A DNA stretch of 32,000 nt from Alkanindiges illinoisensis DSM 15370 (lineage in GTDB: Bacteria; Pseudomonadota; Gammaproteobacteria; Pseudomonadales; Moraxellaceae). The notes below the pieces were generated by a model. The model ran no database searches and was not told the origin of the DNA. It saw only the letters and a list, made by a program, of their open reading frames with translations. This document shows, in pieces, positions 20,421 through 28,568 of this stretch. Location of the stretch: assembly GCF_000619845.1 (NCBI RefSeq), contig NZ_JHUX01000003.1:90001-122000 (forward strand), in the 5' to 3' direction. Numbering within the stretch: the stretch's first letter is position 1; each line of letters begins with the position of its first letter. A program made the position numbers and the translations under genes.

Positions 20421-21932
20421 ATGCTTAATCGAACTTTAATTATTTCAGTCTTTGTGGTGGCATCCTGTGGGTTGGCGTATGAACTGGTTGCTGCTGCACT
20501 GGCCAGTTACCTGTTGGGGGATTCTGTTTTACAGTTTTCATCCATTATCGGGGCTTATTTGTTTGCGATGGGAATTGGCGCCCATTTGACCCGTTATATT
20601 AAAGATGAAGATATTTTACACCGTTTTGTGGATATTGAGCTTCTGGTTGGCTTGATTGGCGGACTATCGGCACTGCTGCTATTTATTATTTTTTCATTTG
20701 CCGATGCACCATTTCGCATGGTGCTGTATGCGGTGGTTTTGCTGATTGGGACTGTGGTCGGCATGGAAATTCCACTGGTAATGCGGGTTTTAAACCAGCA
20801 TCAGGCCGAGTTTAAGGAAATTGTTAGCCGGGTGCTCACCTTTGATTATCTGGGTGCACTGGCGGTTTCACTGTTGTTTCCACTGATTTTGGCACCAAAA
20901 CTGGGCATGGCACGGACAGCATTACTGTTTGGGATCTTAAACGTACTGGTTGCCATGCTGACGATCCGGGTATTTAGGCACCAATTGCAGTATGCCAGAC
21001 AGCTTCAACTCAAGGCATCGGTGGTATTACTGATGCTGGTAACCGGTTTTTTATTTGCTGACCGACTCACTTTCTGGGCTGAACAATCCTATTTTGGCGA
21101 TCCAGTGGTTTATAGCAAAAGTACGCGCTACCAGCGTATTGTCCTGACGCGCTGGCATGATGATGTGCGCTTGTTTTTAAACGGCAATTTGCAGTTTTCG
21201 TCGAGGGATGAGCATCGCTACCATGAGGCGCTAGTGCTGCCTGCAATGGAAATGGTCCCACATGCCAGACAGGTGCTGATCTTGGGTGGTGGTGATGGTT
21301 TGGCTGCCCGGGAAGTTTTAAAATATCCAAAGGTTGAAAAAATTACCCTGATTGACCTTGATCAGCAAATGACTGATTTATTTAAACAGTCAGCAACTCT
21401 GGCCCAGTTGAATCACAATTCCTTTCGTAATCCTAAAATGCACATTGTGCATGCTGATGCAGGACAATGGCTGGAAAGCAATCGACAACAGTTTGATGTG
21501 ATTATTATTGATTTACCTGATCCCTCCAATTTTTCACTGGGGAAGCTGTATTCAGTGCCGATGTATCGCATGGTACTCCGGCATTTGTCTGAACATGGCA
21601 AGCTGGTAGTGCAGTCAACCTCACCCTATTTTGCGCCACATGCCTTCTGGTGCGTAGTAGAAACCCTAAAAACAGCCGGAGCTTATACCAAACCCTATCA
21701 TACCTATGTGCCTTCATTTGGTGAGTGGGGATTTGTGCTGGCAGGGCGAATTAATGATTTTAAGATTCCACGCAGTTATCAGGTGCCAACCCGTTTTCTG
21801 GATCAGGCATCCACTCAGGATATGTTTATTTTTCCCAAGGATATGCAGCCCAAACAGGTGCAGCCCAATTATCTGAATACACAGGCACTGGTCAGCTATT
21901 TTGAGCAGGACTGGCACCAGAACATACGCTAA
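20421..21932 (+). CDS. speE: membrane-anchored polyamine aminopropyltransferase (spermidine-synthase family, about 7 N-terminal TM helices)
   Basis: Seven hydrophobic segments lie in aa 1-215. A catalytic domain follows with YQRIVL, HEALV, VLILGGGDGLAAREVLKY, IIIDLPDP and SFGEWGF. Confidence 0.88.
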   Translation: MLNRTLIISVFVVASCGLAYELVAAALASYLLGDSVLQFSSIIGAYLFAMGIGAHLTRYIKDEDILHRFVDIELLVGLIGGLSALLLFIIFSFADAPFRMVLYAVVLLIGTVVGMEIPLVMRVLNQHQAEFKEIVSRVLTFDYLGALAVSLLFPLILAPKLGMARTALLFGILNVLVAMLTIRVFRHQLQYARQLQLKASVVLLMLVTGFLFADRLTFWAEQSYFGDPVVYSKSTRYQRIVLTRWHDDVRLFLNGNLQFSSRDEHRYHEALVLPAMEMVPHARQVLILGGGDGLAAREVLKYPKVEKITLIDLDQQMTDLFKQSATLAQLNHNSFRNPKMHIVHADAGQWLESNRQQFDVIIIDLPDPSNFSLGKLYSVPMYRMVLRHLSEHGKLVVQSTSPYFAPHAFWCVVETLKTAGAYTKPYHTYVPSFGEWGFVLAGRINDFKIPRSYQVPTRFLDQASTQDMFIFPKDMQPKQVQPNYLNTQALVSYFEQDWHQNIR

Positions 21933-21953
21933 GGCTAAAAACCAGAAATTTGC

Positions 21954-23615
21954 ATGAAAATACCCTATTTTTCCCGACGTCGATTTATGGCTCATGCATT
22001 GGGCTTAAGTGGTGCAACCCTGATTCCCTGGTCGATTTATCAGCATAAATTCGGTGGCTTGCCGCCAGTTAATGTGGATTATCCGGGCATGGCAGCGGGG
22101 CATTATTTGCGGGATCACCCGATACATCATAAACCTGTGACTGAGCATCAATGCGATATCCTCATTTTAGGGAGTGGCGCCGCAGCACTAACTGCCGCAT
22201 GGCAGCTAAAGAAACAGGGAAAAATTGGATTTGTGATGCTGGAAGGACCAGAACCCAATGGTAACAATGCAGGGGGGTATGACCGTGAACTCAGCTTTCC
22301 AACAGGTGCGCACTACCTGAGCTTACCATCTGAACAGTCCAGTCATGTGCGGGAATTGCTGTCTGATCTAGGCATTCTTAAGCAAAATATGGATCAGGCC
22401 AGACCTGCGTATGATGAACGGCTGCTAACCAATGCGCCTGAGGGGCGGCTATTATATCAGGGTCAGTGGCTTAGTGATTTATTGCCTGCGCAGGATCAGG
22501 ACAGCATCCGTTTTTTTAAATTGGTTCACCAGTTAGGCCGTTCGACAGGGCAGGATAAGCAGCCCTTGTTTGCAATTCCAGTGGCGCTTTCTTCACAGGA
22601 TGCACAGTGGCGACAACTGGATCAGCTCACTTTTAGGCAATGGCTGGATCAAAATGACTATCACTCAGCTACGTTGCGTTGGTATCTGAATTACTGCTGT
22701 CGGGATGATTACGGGCAGGGAATTGATCAGGTATCGGCTTGGGCAGGACTGCATTACTTTGCCTCACGGGTGCAGTCCCAAGCGGAACATGCCAGTTATC
22801 TGGTGTGGCCTGATGGCTTGGCAGGTTTGTCCAATAAAATCAGGGCCTATATCAATTTTCAGGGCACAAATATTCAGGAATTTCAATCTCAGCCCATACC
22901 ACAGGCAATGGCTGGTTTTGCCACCAAGATTATTGAACATCCAGATTATGTTGAAGTATGGACAGCAAGCTATTACGGCCAGCAGATACATACTGCCTGT
23001 TTTAAAGCCAGACAGGTGATTTGTGCTATGCCGCTCTATATGGCAGCCCGCCTTGTTGAGAATATTCAGCAGTATGGTTTTGATCCCAGCCAGCACTTAC
23101 CTGCGTATGCGCCTTGGCTGGTGTCCAATTTTACGTTAAAGCAATATCCTGAAGAACTAAAAAATGAGCCACTGGCCTGGGATAATGTGGTGTATGAGGG
23201 CAAAGGACTGGGTTATGTGGTTGCAACCCATCAGTGGATACGGGTGGCGAAACCACCGCGTACTGTCTTCACTGCCTACACAGCGCTTGATTTTGACAAG
23301 CCTGACAAGATTCGTTACTGGTTGCGTCATGCGAGCAAGAAGGAGCTGCTTGAAAAAGCCAGTGATGACTTGCTGCAAGTGTATGGCAAGCGATTTTGGC
23401 AATGTGTTGAGCATGTTAATATCACCGTCCGTGGTCATGCAATGGCAACTCCTTTACCCCGACGCTTTGAAAATACGGGATTGCTTGCCCTACAGCAACA
23501 TCACTCACGTCTGTTATTTGCGCACGCTGATTTATCAGGCTATTCGATTTTTGAGGAAGCTGCCTGGTGGGGTTATCAGGCTGCAAAACATATCATTAAG
23601 CAGGACTTGGGGTAA
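21954..23615 (+). CDS. FAD-dependent oxidoreductase (amine-oxidase-like fold) with a twin-arginine signal
   Basis: The N-terminus MKIPYFSRRRFMAHALGLSGATL has the Tat consensus S-R-R-x-F plus a hydrophobic region. The dinucleotide-binding motif is DILILGSGAAALTAAWQL. It starts 21 nt after speE. Confidence 0.75.
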   Translation: MKIPYFSRRRFMAHALGLSGATLIPWSIYQHKFGGLPPVNVDYPGMAAGHYLRDHPIHHKPVTEHQCDILILGSGAAALTAAWQLKKQGKIGFVMLEGPEPNGNNAGGYDRELSFPTGAHYLSLPSEQSSHVRELLSDLGILKQNMDQARPAYDERLLTNAPEGRLLYQGQWLSDLLPAQDQDSIRFFKLVHQLGRSTGQDKQPLFAIPVALSSQDAQWRQLDQLTFRQWLDQNDYHSATLRWYLNYCCRDDYGQGIDQVSAWAGLHYFASRVQSQAEHASYLVWPDGLAGLSNKIRAYINFQGTNIQEFQSQPIPQAMAGFATKIIEHPDYVEVWTASYYGQQIHTACFKARQVICAMPLYMAARLVENIQQYGFDPSQHLPAYAPWLVSNFTLKQYPEELKNEPLAWDNVVYEGKGLGYVVATHQWIRVAKPPRTVFTAYTALDFDKPDKIRYWLRHASKKELLEKASDDLLQVYGKRFWQCVEHVNITVRGHAMATPLPRRFENTGLLALQQHHSRLLFAHADLSGYSIFEEAAWWGYQAAKHIIKQDLG

Positions 23616-23740
23616 CTGCTTTTTGATTGGTCTTATAAATTGAATTGATTGTGTTGCGTTCAGCAATCCGCTAAAAAACACTGATATAAAAAGTTTTAAT
23701 CATCATTTTTATTGCAAAAACCAAAAATCATTATCGCTAA

Positions 23741-24130
23741 ATGAAGGAATTAAAAACCATGTGTATTGATCATATTGGACTTTCTGTCAGTCATTATAAG
23801 ACCAGCAAGGAATTTTTTTGCAGCATATTAGAGCCGCTTGGCATTCAGCTTATTACTGAAACCCACGGCTGGGCAGGTTTTGGCAAGGATGCAAAGCCAT
23901 CGTTCTGGCTGGGTGAGAAAATTCCGGTACAACAGGGCATGCACCTTGCATTTGTGGCGGAAAACCGTGAACAGGTACGTCAGTTTTATCAGGCTGCACT
24001 GGCTGCCGGAGCAACTGATCATGGTGCGCCCGGTATTCGTGAATATTATCATCCCAACTATTACGGCGCATTTGTCATCGGCCCGGATGGACACAATATA
24101 GAAGCGGTTTGTCATCAGCCAGAGGCTTAG
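23741..24130 (+). CDS. VOC-family (glyoxalase/bleomycin-resistance/dioxygenase) protein
   Basis: IDHIGLSVSHYKTSKEFF...HLAF...GAPGIREYYHPNYYGAFVIGPDGHNIE is typical of small VOC proteins. The start may instead be M7 (23759). Confidence 0.8.
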   Translation: MKELKTMCIDHIGLSVSHYKTSKEFFCSILEPLGIQLITETHGWAGFGKDAKPSFWLGEKIPVQQGMHLAFVAENREQVRQFYQAALAAGATDHGAPGIREYYHPNYYGAFVIGPDGHNIEAVCHQPEA

Positions 24131-24251
24131 CGTTTTGTATTTTTCAGGTCATTAATAATACGATGATCTGACAATGACTAAGAGTTTATTACATTGAGAA
24201 GCTGCTGATGAGCCCCCATTAAAAGCTGATCTGATCATATATGGATAACCT

Positions 24252-24887
24252 TTGTCCCAGAACTGTAGTCGTATTTCTACCACTGATATCTCCCAGGTTG
24301 AAGGCTTGCTTGAGCAGGTTCGGCACTGTACGCAGTGTGCTGATTTTTTGCCACATGGCACGCGACCAATCTTGCAAGTCAACCCGCAAGCAAAAATTCT
24401 GATTGCCTCGCAAGCGCCGGGTCGGAAAGCACATGATAGCGGGATTCCATTTAATGATGCCAGCGGCGACCGCTTGCGCCATTGGCTGGGAATCAGCCGT
24501 GAAACCTTTTACGATGCAAGCCAAGTGGCTATTGTGCCAATGGGGTTTTGCTATCCGGGAAAGGGCAAGTCGGGTGATTTGCCACCACGTCTGGAATGTT
24601 CTAAAACATGGCATGAGCAGCTATTAAAAGCCTTGCCGAATGTTGAGCTCACCATTTTAATTGGCCAGTATGCGCAGGCCTATCACTTAAAAGCAGCCCA
24701 TGATTCGCTCACCAAAAATGTGATGAACTGGCGCGAGTTCTGGCCGCATATCATTCCCTTGCCCCATCCAAGCCCGCGTAATATTTTCTGGTTACGGCGC
24801 AATCACTGGTTTGAAGCAGAAGTTATTCCGGTATTGCAGCAGCGTGTGCAGCAAGTATTGCATTCAGATAGCAACGAGAACCTTTAA
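24252..24887 (+). CDS. uracil-DNA glycosylase superfamily protein
   Basis: CTQCADFLPHG.RP..Q....AKILIASQAPG...H.SG.PFND.SGDRLR.WLG and HPSPRN are UDG-superfamily motifs. The start is uncertain: TTG 24252 is the only upstream in-frame start-like codon I see. Confidence 0.72.
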   Translation: MSQNCSRISTTDISQVEGLLEQVRHCTQCADFLPHGTRPILQVNPQAKILIASQAPGRKAHDSGIPFNDASGDRLRHWLGISRETFYDASQVAIVPMGFCYPGKGKSGDLPPRLECSKTWHEQLLKALPNVELTILIGQYAQAYHLKAAHDSLTKNVMNWREFWPHIIPLPHPSPRNIFWLRRNHWFEAEVIPVLQQRVQQVLHSDSNENL

Positions 24888-25028
24888 CATAAAATTTAAA
24901 AACAGGGCCTGATGTGATTTTAACTTTTGGCGTTATTAATAATTTCAAGGTTTTCCAGTGCTTTAAATTTTTTTGAGTTTATCTGGAAATGTCTTGCACC
25001 TGTCAAAATTTAAGCGCATGATCAGCGC

Positions 25029-25142
25029 ATGAACTTAGTCAAAGTGGTTTCCGTTGTGTCTCCCATCGTATCACCAAATGTGGTACGACCTGTGGCTGCG
25101 CGTATCTGGGCAGCAATTTTGGGAAAATACGAGCGGAAATAA
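25029..25142 (+). CDS. candidate 37-aa Val-rich leader-like peptide
   Basis: Hand translation gives MNLVKVVSVVSPIVSPNVVRPVAARIWAAILGKYERK, with 9 Val in 37 residues. It ends 20 nt before a strong terminator. There is no recognisable SD, so the coding status is doubtful. Confidence 0.25.
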   Translation: MNLVKVVSVVSPIVSPNVVRPVAARIWAAILGKYERK

Positions 25143-25162
25143 GCTTAAAAATTTCGATTTAT

Positions 25163-25187
25163 AGCCGCTCTTAGAGCGGCTTTTTTT
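25163..25187 (+). terminator. Rho-independent terminator upstream of the DMT transporter gene
   Basis: AGCCGCTCT/AGAGCGGCT forms a GC-rich hairpin followed by T7 (25181-25187). Confidence 0.8.
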
Positions 25188-25286
25188 ATGGCTGGATTTT
25201 CTGGTGTGCTGCTTTTTAGCATTGCTAATGCAAGCGTTAGGCAAATCATCAGGGGTAGTGGCGTTTAAAACAGGAGAATCAATATT

Positions 25287-26327
25287 ATGCATACCGACAA
25301 AGTGAGTACCGAAAAACCACCGCAGATGTTGCGGTTACCTGCTGATGCAAACACAACAATAACCGCAGCACAAAACAGTGCGAGCCGCTGGCAGGTAGGT
25401 AGCCGCTATATTTTACTGGTGCTGATCTGGTCAAGTACACCACTGGCGGTGGTATGGAGCGTGCAGGACTTGCATCCCATGTGGGCGTTGACCGCGCGTT
25501 TTATACTGGCGGCTGCATTAGCCTATGCGATTTGCAGGGTGATCCGTTTGCCATTGCCGCGACATAAACTGGCTTTGCAAAGTTATCTAGCCGGGAGCTT
25601 GAGCCTGCTAGGAGCAATGTTACTGACTTATCTGGCAGCGCCGTATCTAGCTTCCGGACTAATTTCCCTGTTGTTTGGCTTTGCACCGCTGGTTGCCGGC
25701 CTGATGTCGTTTGTGTGGACCAAGGATCAGCATTTGTTTGCTGAACAATGGCTGGGCATGCTGATTGCCGTACTTGGGCTGGGTTTTATTTGTTTAAGTG
25801 GCGAGAGCGCCTTCGTGCAGCCGATTGGGATTGGCCTGATTTTTTTAGCGGTATTGTGCTACGTCGGTTCAATGTTCTGGGTAAAAAGCATACAGGCCAA
25901 TCTGCATCCACTGGTACAAACGACGGGTTCGCTACTCGTTTCGGCGATTGGTATTGTCTTACTGATACCCTTGTTCTGGCAGCATTTGCCAACACACCTG
26001 CCATCTACATTAACCATGATGGCCATTTTATACAGCGTAGTGGTGGCGTCGGTGATTGCAATGTTGTGCTATTTTGATCTGGTGCAGCGGCTTAACCCGT
26101 CTACGGTGGCACTCACCACAGTGCTTACGCCGGTGCTGGCGCTGCTATGGGGTGTCTGGTTTAACCATGAGCATATTGGTGCGGGTGTTGTTCAGGGCGT
26201 AGTAGTGGTACTACTGGGTCTGATTCTTTATTTTGTGCGCGAATGGATGGCAGGGTTTAAAGCAACCAGGCTAAAGCAGGGCCGTGCCCAGAAAAGTAGT
26301 CCAGCAAAACAGTCCAGCACTGGATAA
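25287..26327 (+). CDS. DMT-superfamily (EamA-like) transporter
   Basis: About ten hydrophobic helices in two halves, with a basic C-terminal tail. AGGAGA lies 10 nt upstream of the ATG. Confidence 0.85.
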   Translation: MHTDKVSTEKPPQMLRLPADANTTITAAQNSASRWQVGSRYILLVLIWSSTPLAVVWSVQDLHPMWALTARFILAAALAYAICRVIRLPLPRHKLALQSYLAGSLSLLGAMLLTYLAAPYLASGLISLLFGFAPLVAGLMSFVWTKDQHLFAEQWLGMLIAVLGLGFICLSGESAFVQPIGIGLIFLAVLCYVGSMFWVKSIQANLHPLVQTTGSLLVSAIGIVLLIPLFWQHLPTHLPSTLTMMAILYSVVVASVIAMLCYFDLVQRLNPSTVALTTVLTPVLALLWGVWFNHEHIGAGVVQGVVVVLLGLILYFVREWMAGFKATRLKQGRAQKSSPAKQSSTG

Positions 26328-26379
26328 GCCTTAAATTTTTGGATTACGCTTGAATCTGGGTTTGGGTTCAATCTGGTTT

Positions 26380-26410
26380 AACGCTCAGGCGGTATTGCTG
26401 GGCGTTTTTT
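26380..26410 (+). terminator. Rho-independent terminator of the DMT gene
   Basis: AACGCTCAG-(9 nt)-CTGGGCGTT forms a 9-bp stem (one G-U pair) followed by TTTTTT. Confidence 0.7.
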
Positions 26411-26488
26411 ATTTTATTCTTAACCCGGCCTTACCATTATAAAAAATTTACATTTGCGCTTAAGCTTTTGATTTAAAGTGGCCTCTTT

Positions 26489-26508
26489 ATTAATTTGGCC
26501 AAATTAAT
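26489..26508. repeat. Perfect 20-bp palindrome ATTAATTTGGCCAAATTAAT
   Basis: Verified base by base. It overlaps the -10-like TAATTT of a TTGATT-17 nt-TAATTT promoter-like element (26468-26496). Confidence 0.9.
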
Positions 26509-26600
26509 CTGGCAATAACTATTGAGTGATGCGGCAAGGTAGCCATTAAAGCAGTGCTAATGAAGCATATTTTGATGGGTATGGCAGGAAAGGTAAAAAC

Positions 26601-26645
26601 GCATGATTACTGATTTTTCGGAAAAGAATAAATCAGTAATCATGC
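26601..26645 (-). terminator. Probable terminator of the PilZ gene (perfect 16-bp stem)
   Basis: GCATGATTACTGATTT (26601-26616) pairs with AAATCAGTAATCATGC (26630-26645) around a 13-nt loop. On the minus strand it is followed by GTTTTTAC. Confidence 0.6.
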
Positions 26646-26705
26646 TTAAAAACAGGGGTAAATTGCAGGCAGTTTAACTGAAGCTTAGTGTTCAGTAGAA
26701 ATTTA

Positions 26706-27311
26706 TTAGTAATCATCCATGGTCCTGAACTGATCCAGTTCATTTTCTTCAGTCAGCTTTTGATTGATACTTTCAGCCAGCTTGGCGCGGTCATTAGGAT
26801 GCAGGCTAATAAAATAAGCACCTGTTCTAAAACCTTCCAGATCTTCATCCTCGCTGTAAACCACCCGTGCTGTTGCTGCCAGATGAAAGGCATTTTCAGG
26901 ATGGCTTAAGGTCAGGTGAACATGCGAACCGGGTGGAATACGTTCCCGCGCATAAAATGAAAGCCCGCTTTCAGAAATGTTCACCCGCGATGGGCTTGGC
27001 AACATGGTTTCAACCATAGCGTCATATAAAGCACCGGTGATAAGATTCAGCTTTTGATTCATCAGTTGAACCACACGTGCAACCGTTGGGCTTTCCTGTT
27101 GTAGTGCGATTGCTAACTGGCTTTGGACACTGTCAATCTCATCAAGTTCTGCCAGCAGCAAAAAATAGCGCGGCAGTACAAAGCTGGGATCGTAAGGGTC
27201 TTTAAGCGCATCAGTACGGGTAATCAGTTGATAGTTGGTACGTAAGGCAGCATTGATGCGTGACATAAGACGGCGTTCACCTGTGTCTGCTCCCTGCTGT
27301 AAATTTTCCAT
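26706..27311 (-). CDS. PilZ domain-containing protein (PA2989-like, helical insertion between the c-di-GMP motifs)
   Basis: RxxxR (RLMSR, aa 14-18) and NxSxxG (NISESG, aa 111-116) are both present. I chose the start at MENLQQ (ATG 27311) because of the GAGGAAAGAAA SD. The tracked start at 27395 would overlap lolC. Confidence 0.72.
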   Translation of the reverse strand: MENLQQGADTGERRLMSRINAALRTNYQLITRTDALKDPYDPSFVLPRYFLLLAELDEIDSVQSQLAIALQQESPTVARVVQLMNQKLNLITGALYDAMVETMLPSPSRVNISESGLSFYARERIPPGSHVHLTLSHPENAFHLAATARVVYSEDEDLEGFRTGAYFISLHPNDRAKLAESINQKLTEENELDQFRTMDDY

Positions 27312-27332
27312 TTTCTTTCCTCGGATGACTAT

Positions 27333-28568
27333 ATGTTTAAGCCGATCTCGCTGTTTGTTGGGTTGCGATACACTCGAGCACGGCGGAGCAATCACTTCAT
27401 TTCTTTTATTGCTTTAGTGTCCATCATTGGCCTAACGCTTGGGGTTGCAGTTTTGATCACTGTTCTGTCCGTGATGAATGGATTTGACCGTGAACTGAAA
27501 AACCGCATTTTGGGTATGATACCTCAAGCGACTGTGTCGTCTACAGAAATTTTACCCGAATGGCGACCTTTAGTCGAATTAGCGGATAAACAACAACATG
27601 TGGCTGGTTCAGCGCCATTTACCCAGTTGCAGGGCATGTTAACTGCGCAAGGACAGGTTTCCGGCATTCTGGTGAGCGGGATTGATCCAAAGTTTGAGAA
27701 AAAGGTATCCATTGTTCAGGATTACATGACTGCCGGGTCACTGGATAACTTAAAAGATGGTGAGTTTGGCATTGTCCTCGGCAAGGGAATGGCCGATGGA
27801 TTGGGGCTGCGTATCAATGACAAGGTAACACTGGTATTGCCAGAAGCTTCGCCGTCACCGGCAGGGGTGGTGCCACGCTTTAAACGCTTTACTGTGGTTG
27901 GGATTTTTAGCATTGGCGCTGATGTGGATTCCATGATTGGCTATATTGCCCTCAATGACGCCGCCAAACTGTTACGTCTGCCAGATGGGGCGCAAGGGGT
28001 GCGCATGAAGCTGGATGATATTTTTGCAGCGCCGGAAGTATCAAGCAAACTACTGAACCAGTTGCCGCCCAACTATTATGCAACCAACTGGACAGAAACC
28101 CACGGCAACCTGTTTAGCGCCATCCAGATGGAAAAGGCCATGGTTAGCCTGTTGCTGTTTTTAATTGTACTGGTGGCAGCGTTTAATATTGTGTCGTCAC
28201 TGGTAATGGTGGTGACTGACAAAAAATCCGATATTGCCATTTTACGGACACTGGGCGCATCACCTGCCACCATTACCCGGATTTTCATGGTACAGGGGGT
28301 GATCATTGGTGCATTTGGTACGCTGGCGGGTGCGGCATTGGGCATCTTGCTGGCCTTAAGCATTAGCGATGTACTGGGCTGGATTAACAATACCTTTGGC
28401 CTGCATTTGTTTGATGCCTACTTTATTAATTATTTGCCATCCTATTTGCGCTGGCAGGATGTCTTGACTGTGGTGTTACTCTCACTGCTGCTCAGCTTTT
28501 TGGCCACTATTTATCCGGCACGCCGTGCCGCCCAGATTCAACCGGCAGAGGCGCTACGCTATGAATAA
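27333..28568 (+). CDS. lolC: lipoprotein-releasing ABC transporter permease, LolC/E family (single-permease LolF-type arrangement)
   Basis: It starts MFKPISLFVGLRYTRARR and has the four-TM MacB/FtsX-type topology with a large periplasmic loop. It ends ...ATIYPARRAAQIQPAEALRYE. The next gene is lolD, with no second permease gene. Confidence 0.88.
   Translation: MFKPISLFVGLRYTRARRSNHFISFIALVSIIGLTLGVAVLITVLSVMNGFDRELKNRILGMIPQATVSSTEILPEWRPLVELADKQQHVAGSAPFTQLQGMLTAQGQVSGILVSGIDPKFEKKVSIVQDYMTAGSLDNLKDGEFGIVLGKGMADGLGLRINDKVTLVLPEASPSPAGVVPRFKRFTVVGIFSIGADVDSMIGYIALNDAAKLLRLPDGAQGVRMKLDDIFAAPEVSSKLLNQLPPNYYATNWTETHGNLFSAIQMEKAMVSLLLFLIVLVAAFNIVSSLVMVVTDKKSDIAILRTLGASPATITRIFMVQGVIIGAFGTLAGAALGILLALSISDVLGWINNTFGLHLFDAYFINYLPSYLRWQDVLTVVLLSLLLSFLATIYPARRAAQIQPAEALRYE

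Noticed and set aside
25071-25292. A 73-aa minus-strand ORF in the UDG/DMT intergenic region.
   Set aside because: It reads straight through a strong plus-strand terminator hairpin and its T-tract. It overlaps the transporter start and has no RBS or recognisable features.
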